Source of the DNA: a virus
Lineage: Duplodnaviria > Caudoviricetes
Strand: one strand, 5' to 3'
Length of the DNA: 35,979 nucleotides
IMG/VR virus record: IMGVR_UViG_3300030372_001683
Location: 1-35,979 of that record
Below, in pieces: positions 17,650 to 26,671 of this stretch. A program made the translations under genes and the position numbers. The number at the start of each line of letters is the position of its first letter. The stretch's first letter is position 1. Below the pieces are notes generated by a model. That model saw only the letters and a list, made by a program, of their open reading frames with translations, did no database searches and was not told where the DNA came from.

Positions 17650-17810
17650 ATCTTTTTAATCTCCTTATTTAATTGTTCTGCTTGAATTAACAAAGATTCA
17701 ATAATTTTTTTATTTTCTTCTAATATGTTTATACAATTACTGATACTCCTAAGTGCCTCAGATTCTTTTTCGTGAATTTCTTTTATCTCTTTTTTGCTAA
17801 ATGCTATCAT
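17646..17810 (-). CDS. 54-aa coiled-coil hypothetical protein
   Basis: Hand translation MIAFSKKEIKEIHEKESEALRSISNCINILEENKK...; GAGGA RBS; ATGA overlap with the HTH gene. Confidence 0.5.
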   Translation of the reverse strand: MIAFSKKEIKEIHEKESEALRSISNCINILEENKKIIESLLIQAEQLNKEIKKI

Positions 17811-17815
17811 TTTAT

Positions 17816-18070
17816 TTAATCCTCTTCATAAATTGAAAATTCATCTACTATTTTTTTACCCATTTTTAAATCAACTTGCTCAAAAGCATCCATCTCTGTA
17901 ATTATTTTATCCAACCTGTTGCTAATAGCGTCTAATTCAGCCTTAACAATCGTGTAATCGTTTAAATCTTCTGCTTCAGTGTGAATGTATAGGCTTCTAA
18001 TAAAGCTAGATAATTTAAGGTATTCTTCTTTTAACCTTTCGTATTCAATGTTACTAGGTAAGGCAATCAT
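17816..18070 (-). CDS. hypothetical protein
   Basis: 84 aa helical ORF in the early operon. Confidence 0.55.
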   Translation of the reverse strand: MIALPSNIEYERLKEEYLKLSSFIRSLYIHTEAEDLNDYTIVKAELDAISNRLDKIITEMDAFEQVDLKMGKKIVDEFSIYEED

Positions 18071-18506
18071 ATTTTACCCCTTCATTTAATTTGTTTAAGA
18101 TCCCGTAATTCCAACCCAGCTCCAAGCATCTTTTACGACCTAGTTTTTTTAAATAGTATTTTAATGCTAACTGGTCTATTACATACGGAGCGTGTAACCT
18201 GGTGTTCTCGTCTAGATGTTCCACACTTTCTTTACAATCAGTTAAATTGAATATTAACTTAATTTGTTTATATGTAGGTCTTAATCCAATGTTCGGATAC
18301 AAATTATACCGACTTTTTATTGTAAAATTATTACGACCTACATGCCCACTCATTTCGAAATGCTCTATGTAGTGCACCCTTTTTCCTGGATAATCATAAG
18401 TAGAAGTGTAACTAATTAATCTAATTCCGTGCCTGATTTCCCAATTACCGTCGACCTCTGTCCATAAGATTTTAGATTTAGCTGATGGTCTGAAATATTC
18501 GCTCAT
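18054..18506 (-). CDS. hypothetical protein
   Basis: 150 aa, GGAG RBS, overlaps both neighbours. Confidence 0.55.
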   Translation of the reverse strand: MSEYFRPSAKSKILWTEVDGNWEIRHGIRLISYTSTYDYPGKRVHYIEHFEMSGHVGRNNFTIKSRYNLYPNIGLRPTYKQIKLIFNLTDCKESVEHLDENTRLHAPYVIDQLALKYYLKKLGRKRCLELGWNYGILNKLNEGVKYDCLT

Positions 18507-18814
18507 ATTTTTTCTATCTCCAAATTCATTATGTGTTGATTTTCTTCTTGTAATTTTAAGTGTTTTTTACAACATAATCTGTTTTTCATTCTATTGCCAT
18601 AAGGCACACGAGAATTCTGAACGTCCAACACTTGCTTAGCAAAATCAAAACTTATTTTAGCAACTGCTTTATTATTACATTTACCCAAAGTTAAAAAGTT
18701 TTTGTGTTCACATTTCATCCTATTTGCCCCCCTGTTTATGTTCCCAAATGGTTTTGTATTTATATGTTGTTCGCGGTTCTTTTCCATTAATTGTACCATA
18801 TTTAAATAGTTCAT
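18503..18814 (-). CDS. hypothetical Cys/His protein (true start probably MKCEHK near 18718)
   Basis: C..H...C...CCKKH pattern; the 5' part of the long ORF overlaps the upstream gene. Confidence 0.5.
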   Translation of the reverse strand: MNYLNMVQLMEKNREQHINTKPFGNINRGANRMKCEHKNFLTLGKCNNKAVAKISFDFAKQVLDVQNSRVPYGNRMKNRLCCKKHLKLQEENQHIMNLEIEKI

Positions 18815-19187
18815 TAAGCAATTCTTTTTTTACTTCAGGATTACCTTTTGATATCTTATCAATTTTATCATTTGTGGTAATCTCATCAGCAGTTTCTATT
18901 TTTACAACAGTTGGGGAATCTTCATTCATTTGATAAATAGTGGTTTCACAAACCATATTTTTACCATTAAAGGTATCTTTGCGAAAATGTAAGCAATATA
19001 TTTTTTCATTTCGATCGAGAAAACTTGGCATCATACCATAGCCACTAAACATCACTTTTTTCTTTTTACCTTTTTCAACAATCCAACCACCGCTAAGTTT
19101 GTCAGCCTCAGTTATTCTATACATTTGCTCAACATCATAAGAATCATTATCACTTACAATTAAATTTAAGTTTTTTAACTCCTGCAT
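18720..19187 (-). CDS. hypothetical early protein
   Basis: 155 aa; initiation region AAAGCGAAAAGGGAATAAAATG. Confidence 0.6.
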   Translation of the reverse strand: MQELKNLNLIVSDNDSYDVEQMYRITEADKLSGGWIVEKGKKKKVMFSGYGMMPSFLDRNEKIYCLHFRKDTFNGKNMVCETTIYQMNEDSPTVVKIETADEITTNDKIDKISKGNPEVKKELLNELFKYGTINGKEPRTTYKYKTIWEHKQGGK

Positions 19188-19210
19188 TTTATTCCCTTTT
19201 CGCTTTTTTA

Positions 19211-19417
19211 TTAATACGCTTGAGATTTGAGTTCTTTGTACATTTCATCTCTTTCAGTTTTTGAATTGTACCATAACTCACCCATTTTTTTCCTATTCAT
19301 TAATGTTATTTCATAATAGATTCCGTATTCAAACCAAACGTCGCTTCCTTCAGAATTTTTTTTCCAAGTTCCTGTTTCTATTTTTTCAACAACCCTACTT
19401 TTTAAAATTGGCTTCAT
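19211..19417 (-). CDS. hypothetical early protein
   Basis: 68 aa with GAGGA RBS. Confidence 0.55.
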   Translation of the reverse strand: MKPILKSRVVEKIETGTWKKNSEGSDVWFEYGIYYEITLMNRKKMGELWYNSKTERDEMYKELKSQAY

Positions 19418-19464
19418 TTTATTTCCTCACATATAGTGCAATTTTTATCTTTACAACTATTCAT

Positions 19465-19821
19465 TTACGCGTCCACGTATTTTTGTTTAGCTACGTGTTC
19501 CATTTTTAAGTGCCAAATTCTAGCTTCTACTGCATAAGCAGTTCTTCCTGGAAGCATTGACATTAATTCAGGAATGTCACATTCTTTAGCATTTTTGAGA
19601 ATGATTTCCTCTTCCGCAGGTGTCCATCTTTTTCGCTTGTGAACAGGAGTGTTTGTCGGGGTAGTTTTTAAGGCTTCTATTTTAGCCTCTTTTTCAGCGT
19701 CTATTTTTATAGTAGCTTTTATTAAACAGGTGCTGCAAGTTATTTCAGGAACCTCTTTAGGTACGTACTCACCGCCGTAGCAGTTATTGACCTCGTGGTT
19801 TTTACATTTTAATAATTTCAT
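19465..19821 (-). CDS. Myb/SANT-like HTH protein with N-terminal Cys cluster
   Basis: KRWTPAEEEIIL...LPGRTAYAVEARIWHL matches the Myb/SANT pattern; C..H...C...CSTC at N-terminus; first gene after the early promoter. Confidence 0.65.
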   Translation of the reverse strand: MKLLKCKNHEVNNCYGGEYVPKEVPEITCSTCLIKATIKIDAEKEAKIEALKTTPTNTPVHKRKRWTPAEEEIILKNAKECDIPELMSMLPGRTAYAVEARIWHLKMEHVAKQKYVDA

Positions 19822-19856
19822 CGCTTTTTTTCCTTTCGCTTATTTTGAAAAAACTG

Positions 19857-19893
19857 ATACATAAACTTACAATGAATAAATTTAAGAACCAAA
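19857..19893 (-). promoter_or_regulatory. putative early promoter, copy 2
   Basis: Minus strand TTGGTT-N17-TAAGTT; near-duplicate of 10267..10303. Confidence 0.65.
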
Positions 19894-19929
19894 TACTATT
19901 TTTAGGGTAATTAAAGGGTTAAAATTATA

Positions 19930-19984
19930 AGGGGGAGGAAAGCGAAATATGAGAAATGAAAGGAAACCCATAAAACCTCCCCCT
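19930..19984 (-). ncRNA. putative antisense hairpin RNA A
   Basis: Perfect 9-bp stem agggggagg/cctccccct closing a 37-nt loop that is pyrimidine-rich on the minus strand (UUUCCUUUCAUUUC...CAUAUUUCGCUUU). Strand is inferred. Confidence 0.55.
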
Positions 19985-20005
19985 CTTTAACCAAGAAAGA
20001 GCTAT

Positions 20006-20034
20006 AATTTAAAACAGAACAACCTTTTTTAAAA
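20006..20034 (-). promoter_or_regulatory. putative late promoter motif, copy 3 (upstream of hairpin RNA A)
   Basis: aatttaaaa..gaa.......ttttaaaa; similar to 1107..1136 and 8890..8919 but one base shorter. Confidence 0.3.
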
Positions 20035-20035
20035 A

Positions 20036-21034
20036 TTATAATTCTTCTATAAAAGAAAGGCTGGTAGACCAATAGCGATTAGCAACTTGAGTAAATGACG
20101 GCTCATTTTTTAATCTACAATAAAGCCAACCATCGTCTCCACTATTTTCAGTATTATCTAATTGTAATAACAGGGGAAACATTCCTCCGTTGGTCATAAA
20201 TATTAATCTATTTAATATTGATTCATCAGTTCTTGAAACACCCATATCGTATAAATTACTAGGAAAAGCATCAGTATCTGCTAAATAGCTAAAGTTCATA
20301 TCTATTTGTTGCCTACCAGTTTTAAATGCTTTTTCAGATGTTTGGTCAAAAGCTCCAGTTGCTGTCCAAGAACTATTGGTTAAATGAGTTGCGTGAGCAT
20401 ATTTTTGACCACCTAATGACTCATTAATTTTTAATCCATCATAGCTAAAACTTCTTTTAATATTCATATCAGGAGAACTTGGAAAAGTATAAGCAACGCC
20501 CCATAATATACACCCTATTTTTATATCAGCATCATAATTTGCAGCATTTGAGGCTAGGTGTATTCTTTGGTATCTGTTGTCGGTGTTTTGCGTGTAAGTT
20601 ACTATTGACCAACCATCAGCTCCTGGGTGTCTAAATCCAGAACCAGCATCAGCGGCATTATAGACTTCTGTCAGTGTTGGGTTTTTGTCACTATTAAAAG
20701 TACTAGAGTCATCTGTTTGAATTTCAAATTTTACATCAGATGTATGAAAATTGTGTCCTAAAAAAGCAACAAACAAAGTTTCTCCTAATAAGTCATTATC
20801 TGTATCAATGTTGGTATCTATTGCAATGTATTGACTGGCTGATGCCCCATTACCGCCAATAGTTATTGCGTTATTTGGTTTATTATCAAATAATTGAATA
20901 ACATCTGTAGCGGTTGCACTACTTCCGTTCCAAGTGCCTGTTATTTGGTCTGTTCCTGTAATTGTTCCATTTTCTAATAATGGATTTATCATATCTACAT
21001 ATATTTTTGGTCTTGCTATTCTTTGGTAAGCCAT
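20036..21034 (-). CDS. tail tip / distal tail component
   Basis: 332 aa beta-rich, last gene of the tail operon, ends SLSFIEEL. Confidence 0.6.
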   Translation of the reverse strand: MAYQRIARPKIYVDMINPLLENGTITGTDQITGTWNGSSATATDVIQLFDNKPNNAITIGGNGASASQYIAIDTNIDTDNDLLGETLFVAFLGHNFHTSDVKFEIQTDDSSTFNSDKNPTLTEVYNAADAGSGFRHPGADGWSIVTYTQNTDNRYQRIHLASNAANYDADIKIGCILWGVAYTFPSSPDMNIKRSFSYDGLKINESLGGQKYAHATHLTNSSWTATGAFDQTSEKAFKTGRQQIDMNFSYLADTDAFPSNLYDMGVSRTDESILNRLIFMTNGGMFPLLLQLDNTENSGDDGWLYCRLKNEPSFTQVANRYWSTSLSFIEEL

Positions 21035-21037
21035 AAA

Positions 21038-24025
21038 TTAACCTATTTCCCTTGCTTTAATTTTTATTTTACCCGCAGACCTCACTAATTCAACAACCAT
21101 ATAATAGTTGCTCCAATCACTTGCGAAAGGTTCTACGGGCATATTGTCAAATTTAATTACATCACCAACCTCTAATAAATACCCTTTTTGCATATTTACG
21201 ACATTGCAACTTATTATTTTTTTAGTGTCTCCATTTGCTTGGCTATAATATGAATAAAAATCCGATTGTTTATCATTTGCTGGAGTTGTTGCTGGGGCTA
21301 GTGTTAATGCGTCTAAATTAATTGTTGATACATTTTCTTTTGATTTAATATTATATTTTGTTCTAGGCGTTGAATTAACTGCGGTTGTTTGCGTTAAATA
21401 ATTTTCTTTTGCAGGGTGTCTATTTGTATTAATTACCGCCTTAGTGACTATTTCATTTATTGATGTAGTGCTTATATTTAATGAGCTAATATCTTCTTTT
21501 TTAAGCGTAGCAACAACATCAGATGCTTGTAAAGCATTATTAGAACCAGTTCCATGAATCCATATATATTTAGAAACTCCAGTTGCTGATACTTTATGAA
21601 TAAACCCAAATTCATATTGGAGTTTTTCAAGATATTTAATTAGCGGAATTTCTTCGTGTTGCCAATGCCTAATAACCCAAGAGCCTCTATCTGCGTGTAA
21701 TGTTGAATAGTTATCAGGTTCTATTGTAGGCATACCAGCATATCTTATTAATAAATCCCTATGGGCTTGATGACCTAATGTAATTGCTGAATTATCCCAA
21801 CTGGCAGTTAATCCGTCTGCTCCACTATATAATTTTTTAACATCTTTTAATCGTTTCATTCCTTCCGCTGTTGTATTAAAAGTGGGAACTTTTAAAGTGG
21901 TTAGAAATCGTATATCATAAACTTTTAAAACTCCATAAATTCCAACATTCGTTCCACCCGTAACATCCCCATGTCTCGTTGCAGACCTTTCAAACCTTAT
22001 CCAAAAACCATCGTCATATTTATATTGAATTAAATCGTCTAACATATTGCGACTAGCGGTGCGTTCCGATATTGTTACTTTTGTTCCTGAACTAAAAGCG
22101 TTTAAATCAGAATAAAGTCCGTTAGTAAAAGTTGGACCATTGCTAGTTCCTGCTGCGGTAGCCTTAATTACGCTTCCCCCATGCCTACCATTATCAGTAA
22201 TTTTAAAAGTATTAGCTGAAAAACCATCAGCACCTGATGTGTCACTATTTTGAACCGCATAAAAATCAGTCATTGTCCATCGCACTTCGCAAGTTAGGTT
22301 GTTTGAACCGCTTCCTGAAGAATAAAAAAAATCATCAAACCCTGGAATATTAAAATGAGTGTCAACATCCCATTGGTTAACTGTGTTTTGAGATTGAGTG
22401 TCAGCGGTAGGGTATTCATAATCAAATTGAGCATAGGTTGACGGAGTTGTTGTACTATCTTGGTCGGCTATTCCATCAAAAGCGTTCCCAATTTGATACG
22501 AACTATCCCAGCCTGTTGCCCTAACAACTGTATCTATGGGTTTGAATTTAAAATGCCTTGTTAAATCCCATTTAGTTCTAGCTACATACCCGTCTCCATA
22601 AGCTACAGCATCATTTGAATTAGCAAGGGGTAAAAAAGCATCTACGGATTCTTCATAATAATGGAGGGTTGTATCAGTAGAACCAATGTCTTTATGTAAT
22701 AAACATTCATAGTTCCAACCCCAAATATCAACTTCTACTGGAAAGACTAATTGCCCCATAGCCTCTGCATAGGCTTCTGAAGTGTAGCCACTAGAATTTG
22801 CAGTATAGGCTCCATAAACAATGGGAAATTTTCTTCCAGTTTCTGACTGAATATCGGGAACAACTTTATTGTCCCATGGCGATTTTTGAACGATTGATAA
22901 ATTAATACTTGAATCATCGTGAGATATATTCGTTAATCTACCATGGTACAATTGCAAACAATCTGTAATATTATTTAATTCATTTAATTGAGAATAAACT
23001 TTAACAGTTCTATTATAATAATTATTAGAGCCTCCAAATAACTCTTTAGATATATCATTTCCTTGATATTTAGAATTAATTATTTTTAGCGATAGGTTTC
23101 CAACTTTAGATTTAGATTTTAAAACATCAATGCTATCTCTTATGCTAGGATTAGATTTGACTATTCCATGATAAAATATATCATCAACTGTTGTGTCTCT
23201 AAAAGCTATTGGTAAAAACCCTTTATATTTTGCACCGCTAATTGTTCCAGTTGCTATATTCCCTGTTAAATCTTGAGCAAAGTTTTCTCCATTATTAAAC
23301 TCCCAATATGCTTTTAAATTTGAAGATTGATTATAGTTTCCTGAATCTTCTTCAAGACTTAAAAAATTTCCACTATTATAAATAGCAGTTAGATTGTTAG
23401 AGTCTAATTGTACATTCCATATTGCAAAATTCTTTAATTTAAATTCTGCAAATCCATCAGGGTCAGGTTTTAAAAATTTACCAAATAAAGTTTTACCACT
23501 ACCTGAATACCCTACTGATTTACTAGCACTCCATGAACTGTCGGCTGCCGATTCTGTTGTTCCACTATTGTTATACAATATTGTAGTGTTAGCTAATGTG
23601 TCAAATGAGCCATCTAAATCGCTTGTAATAGCCACAAAATACCAAGTGTCAGCACTTACCACATTGCCTCTAATTCTTTTATAATCATTGTCATTACCGC
23701 CATCACTTACCAATATTGAAATCTTATCATCTTGGTCTTTATATATGTTAAATCCAGTAAAATAATCAGCGATAGAATTGCTCATAAAAATGTAATCAGG
23801 AATGCTTTCACCTATAACGCTTGATGGAAAGTTTATCCAAAATGCTATTGTAATGTTTGAGGTTATTCCACTTATAGCAGAGCTAGTTGTTCCACAGTCT
23901 ATAAAATCATCTGTTCCGTCAAATTGTAAATATGAATCTTGATTATATAATTGGAATAACCAATTTTCTTTTATGTTGCTTAAATAAGACGCTCCAGTAT
24001 AATTGGCTGATGGACTTAAACTCAT
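21038..24025 (-). CDS. tail tip hub protein with LamG/concanavalin A-like domain
   Basis: 995 aa after the tape measure; LQFDGTDDFI, TIAFWI, WYFVAIT, NFAIWN and LKAYWEFN LamG motifs; C-terminal LEVGDVIKF hub-like motif. Confidence 0.7.
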   Translation of the reverse strand: MSLSPSANYTGASYLSNIKENWLFQLYNQDSYLQFDGTDDFIDCGTTSSAISGITSNITIAFWINFPSSVIGESIPDYIFMSNSIADYFTGFNIYKDQDDKISILVSDGGNDNDYKRIRGNVVSADTWYFVAITSDLDGSFDTLANTTILYNNSGTTESAADSSWSASKSVGYSGSGKTLFGKFLKPDPDGFAEFKLKNFAIWNVQLDSNNLTAIYNSGNFLSLEEDSGNYNQSSNLKAYWEFNNGENFAQDLTGNIATGTISGAKYKGFLPIAFRDTTVDDIFYHGIVKSNPSIRDSIDVLKSKSKVGNLSLKIINSKYQGNDISKELFGGSNNYYNRTVKVYSQLNELNNITDCLQLYHGRLTNISHDDSSINLSIVQKSPWDNKVVPDIQSETGRKFPIVYGAYTANSSGYTSEAYAEAMGQLVFPVEVDIWGWNYECLLHKDIGSTDTTLHYYEESVDAFLPLANSNDAVAYGDGYVARTKWDLTRHFKFKPIDTVVRATGWDSSYQIGNAFDGIADQDSTTTPSTYAQFDYEYPTADTQSQNTVNQWDVDTHFNIPGFDDFFYSSGSGSNNLTCEVRWTMTDFYAVQNSDTSGADGFSANTFKITDNGRHGGSVIKATAAGTSNGPTFTNGLYSDLNAFSSGTKVTISERTASRNMLDDLIQYKYDDGFWIRFERSATRHGDVTGGTNVGIYGVLKVYDIRFLTTLKVPTFNTTAEGMKRLKDVKKLYSGADGLTASWDNSAITLGHQAHRDLLIRYAGMPTIEPDNYSTLHADRGSWVIRHWQHEEIPLIKYLEKLQYEFGFIHKVSATGVSKYIWIHGTGSNNALQASDVVATLKKEDISSLNISTTSINEIVTKAVINTNRHPAKENYLTQTTAVNSTPRTKYNIKSKENVSTINLDALTLAPATTPANDKQSDFYSYYSQANGDTKKIISCNVVNMQKGYLLEVGDVIKFDNMPVEPFASDWSNYYMVVELVRSAGKIKIKAREIG

Positions 24026-25992
24026 GCGAGAACTCTAGCTTTTTCTATTTCAGGAATTAAAGTATCTCTAACAAAAGATTCTTCGCCAATAATATTACCG
24101 CCTATATTGACTGTGACGCCGCCCATATTGTTTGCCAAATTATCTTGTTGAGCTTGATTTAATATTAACTCCCCAGGAGTAAGCATTGCTGGAACTGTGT
24201 CTTGGTCTCCATAACCTTGAACAATACCACCTTTTGCGAATTGTTGCGCTTCAATAATGGCAACTTCAGCTGCTCCTTTAGCAGCAATCAATCCAGCAGC
24301 AACTGGATTCCCTAAAACCTTCGTTACTTCAACCGCTGTGTTAATAATTGCCTCAGCTTTTTTAACATTTTTCATTTTTCTCGCAGCTTGAATGTCTTTT
24401 TGTCTAAACCTTTCTTTAATGTTTGCAATCGCCGATTCTTTTTGTTCTTCGGTCATTTGAGATTGTAAAATCGCTTTAATCTCTGCATTCATTTCATTGT
24501 CTCGCAGTTGTTTTTTATGAGCGTCCAAAGCATTTGCAAATCCAACGGCAGCATCAAAAGTTTGTTTCATTGTTGATATTCTTGCTTTTTCTTCATCCGA
24601 TAACAGCTGTATAGTTTTTTTGCTTTTCGTTAATTTATCCTGTTCGTTTTTATTGTGATCTTCTAAATCTTTTTCTTTTTCTTCTACTTTTAAAACTTTT
24701 ATTTCTTCTAAATACTCTTCCCAAACTACTTTTGAAGATTCTAAAGCCTCAGCAAGTGTGTCTACATCATCTTCCCCTGGGATTATAAAATCTAAAATAG
24801 CTGTTTCTTTTAATTTGTCCACCAACGGATCAACCTTAACAACGTCTAGTAAGTTAAATTCTCCTATTTCTTCAAACCCTAAAAGCGAACTAACTTCATT
24901 AATCTTTCCCGTTAAAAAGTTTAGAGGTTTTAATATTCCTTCATTAATTACAGTTGTGAACACCTGTTTTATTCTTTCTCCTACATGAACTATAGCAACA
25001 ACCAAAGGTTCCCAACAAATAAATGCTACTTCTTTTACTAAAAACAAGAACGATTCTAAAACAGTTTTCGCAATAGTTAAAAAATTTGATACTGCTTTTT
25101 TAAACATGTCCGGATACAAATCAAAATAAATTTTTAATGTTTTAGTTATAGCGATTAATAATGATTCTGTGTTGCTTATAATATTTTTAGAAGTTTTTGT
25201 AAAATCTATTTTAGATATTTTTTCTGTTAAATCAGTGGTAAAATTTGTTAAAAACGTAGTCGCGGTTCCTACGCTTGGAGCCAATTTGTCTCCTATTGTT
25301 GTTGCAAGGTTTGAAAGAGCGTTTTGCATTTGGAGAATTTTATCCCTGGTAGTTAGTTGCTCATCTCCCAATTTAGAAACTAGAGTATCGGCAGCAGCTA
25401 ATGCTGCATTTGTAAATGCTTGTTTTCTATCTTGCTCAGTTAATTGAGCAACAGTTTTTCCTATTGAATCTGCATAAGTTTTATTAGCGTCTTCCACTTT
25501 AAACATAATACCTAAATTATCTAACATTAATTTAGATTGCCTACCCAAACCAGTAACCATAGACTCAATACCGAACGCTGTATCTTTACCTAAAGCCGAT
25601 GCTAATCTTTGAGCCTGGTCAAACATTTTTGCCATTTCATCTTCAGACTTAACAATGTCTAATAACATGGCGTTGTTTGCCTGTTGCATTAATTCCATAG
25701 AATCCATCGTTCCATCTGTGGCTTCATTTAAACTTTCAAAAACTGTAGCTGAATTAAGGGTAGATTTAGCTAAATTATCAAACCCTCTTTGCACCCCTTC
25801 CATCCTACTAGAAAGATTTATAGCGGTCTGCATTCCTCCTATTATAGCTCTCGCCCCGAAAAACGCTGCTCCTGCCGCGATCGCAGACTTAGCTACGCTT
25901 TTTATTGAGGTTTCTATTTTATTAAAAGTTCCTTGAGCGTTTTTACCGCCTTTAGTCCCAATTTGAATATTGACTTTTTTATTACTTGCCAT
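24022..25992 (-). CDS. tail tape measure protein
   Basis: 656 aa, Ala-rich helical, GRQSKLMLDNLGI, C-terminal FAKGGIV...DTVPAMLTPGELILN; follows chaperone genes. Confidence 0.85.
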   Translation of the reverse strand: MASNKKVNIQIGTKGGKNAQGTFNKIETSIKSVAKSAIAAGAAFFGARAIIGGMQTAINLSSRMEGVQRGFDNLAKSTLNSATVFESLNEATDGTMDSMELMQQANNAMLLDIVKSEDEMAKMFDQAQRLASALGKDTAFGIESMVTGLGRQSKLMLDNLGIMFKVEDANKTYADSIGKTVAQLTEQDRKQAFTNAALAAADTLVSKLGDEQLTTRDKILQMQNALSNLATTIGDKLAPSVGTATTFLTNFTTDLTEKISKIDFTKTSKNIISNTESLLIAITKTLKIYFDLYPDMFKKAVSNFLTIAKTVLESFLFLVKEVAFICWEPLVVAIVHVGERIKQVFTTVINEGILKPLNFLTGKINEVSSLLGFEEIGEFNLLDVVKVDPLVDKLKETAILDFIIPGEDDVDTLAEALESSKVVWEEYLEEIKVLKVEEKEKDLEDHNKNEQDKLTKSKKTIQLLSDEEKARISTMKQTFDAAVGFANALDAHKKQLRDNEMNAEIKAILQSQMTEEQKESAIANIKERFRQKDIQAARKMKNVKKAEAIINTAVEVTKVLGNPVAAGLIAAKGAAEVAIIEAQQFAKGGIVQGYGDQDTVPAMLTPGELILNQAQQDNLANNMGGVTVNIGGNIIGEESFVRDTLIPEIEKARVLA

Positions 25993-26398
25993 TTTCTTTA
26001 GCCTTGTGTTTTGTAATTTTATTTATTTCTAATTCAATAATGTTAAAACAATCTATTTTCCAAACTTCAACAGAATCTAAATCTTTTGCAAGTGGGACAT
26101 TATAATTTTTAGTTATTTGATAATCACTAATCATTTCCCAACACCAATCAGAAATAAAATCAGAGGGTTCGCAAAAAAAAGGCATTTGATAGTATAAACT
26201 TTGTCCAGCACCAAATCTCTCAGTAGACTTTTCAGATAATATTCTATTGATTTCATCATAAACGTCGTCTTTCGTTTTAAACTCTAACCTCTTTTTAAGA
26301 GTAGGCGACTGAGCGGTATATGGGAGGAGTAAACCAGTATTCGGAATTCCTAAAACAGAAAACCAAATCGCAGTTCTCAGTCGCCAATAGCGTTTCCC
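25982..26398 (-). CDS. tail assembly chaperone, -1 frameshift extension (gpGT-like)
   Basis: The -1 frame is open from the slippery site at 26398 through the 25982..26185 ORF (checked codon by codon). Confidence 0.75.
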   Translation of the reverse strand, partial: GKRYWRLRTAIWFSVLGIPNTGLLLPYTAQSPTLKKRLEFKTKDDVYDEINRILSEKSTERFGAGQSLYYQMPFFCEPSDFISDWCWEMISDYQITKNYNVPLAKDLDSVEVWKIDCFNIIELEINKITKHKAKENGK

Positions 26399-26652
26399 AA
26401 CTCAAACCCCATGTATGAAGCAATTATTTCATTAAGTACTTCATCTTCTTGAAGGGCGGTCAAATTTTTCAACTTTTCCTCCGCTTCTTTTTCTCCTCCA
26501 AAGGCAATTAAAGCAAATTCATCTGCTAAATCGTGTAAATCTCCCAAATTAGATTCTTGACTTGCTTCTTTAACCTTTTTGTATAGGGTTCTACGTTGTT
26601 TTCTATTTATGTCTTTACATTCAAATTGACCATGTTTTGTATCAACTATCAT
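26377..26652 (-). CDS. tail assembly chaperone (gpG-like)
   Basis: 91 aa acidic, between tail tube and tape measure, with G GGA AAC near its end. Confidence 0.75.
   Translation of the reverse strand: MIVDTKHGQFECKDINRKQRRTLYKKVKEASQESNLGDLHDLADEFALIAFGGEKEAEEKLKNLTALQEDEVLNEIIASYMGFELGNAIGD
26392..26398 (-). other. programmed -1 ribosomal frameshift site GGGAAAC
   Basis: X XXY YYZ heptamer correctly phased (TTG GGA AAC). Confidence 0.8.
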
Positions 26653-26671
26653 TTTTACCTCCCAATTATTA

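Noticed and set aside
19949-19990. Plus-strand mini-ORF MRNERKPIKPPPL with GGAGG RBS inside hairpin A, and similar short ORFs in hairpin B
   Set aside because: The peptides are not alike between the two hairpins and no plus-strand gene follows. The RBS-like look is expected if the minus strand is anti-RBS. Not fully excluded.
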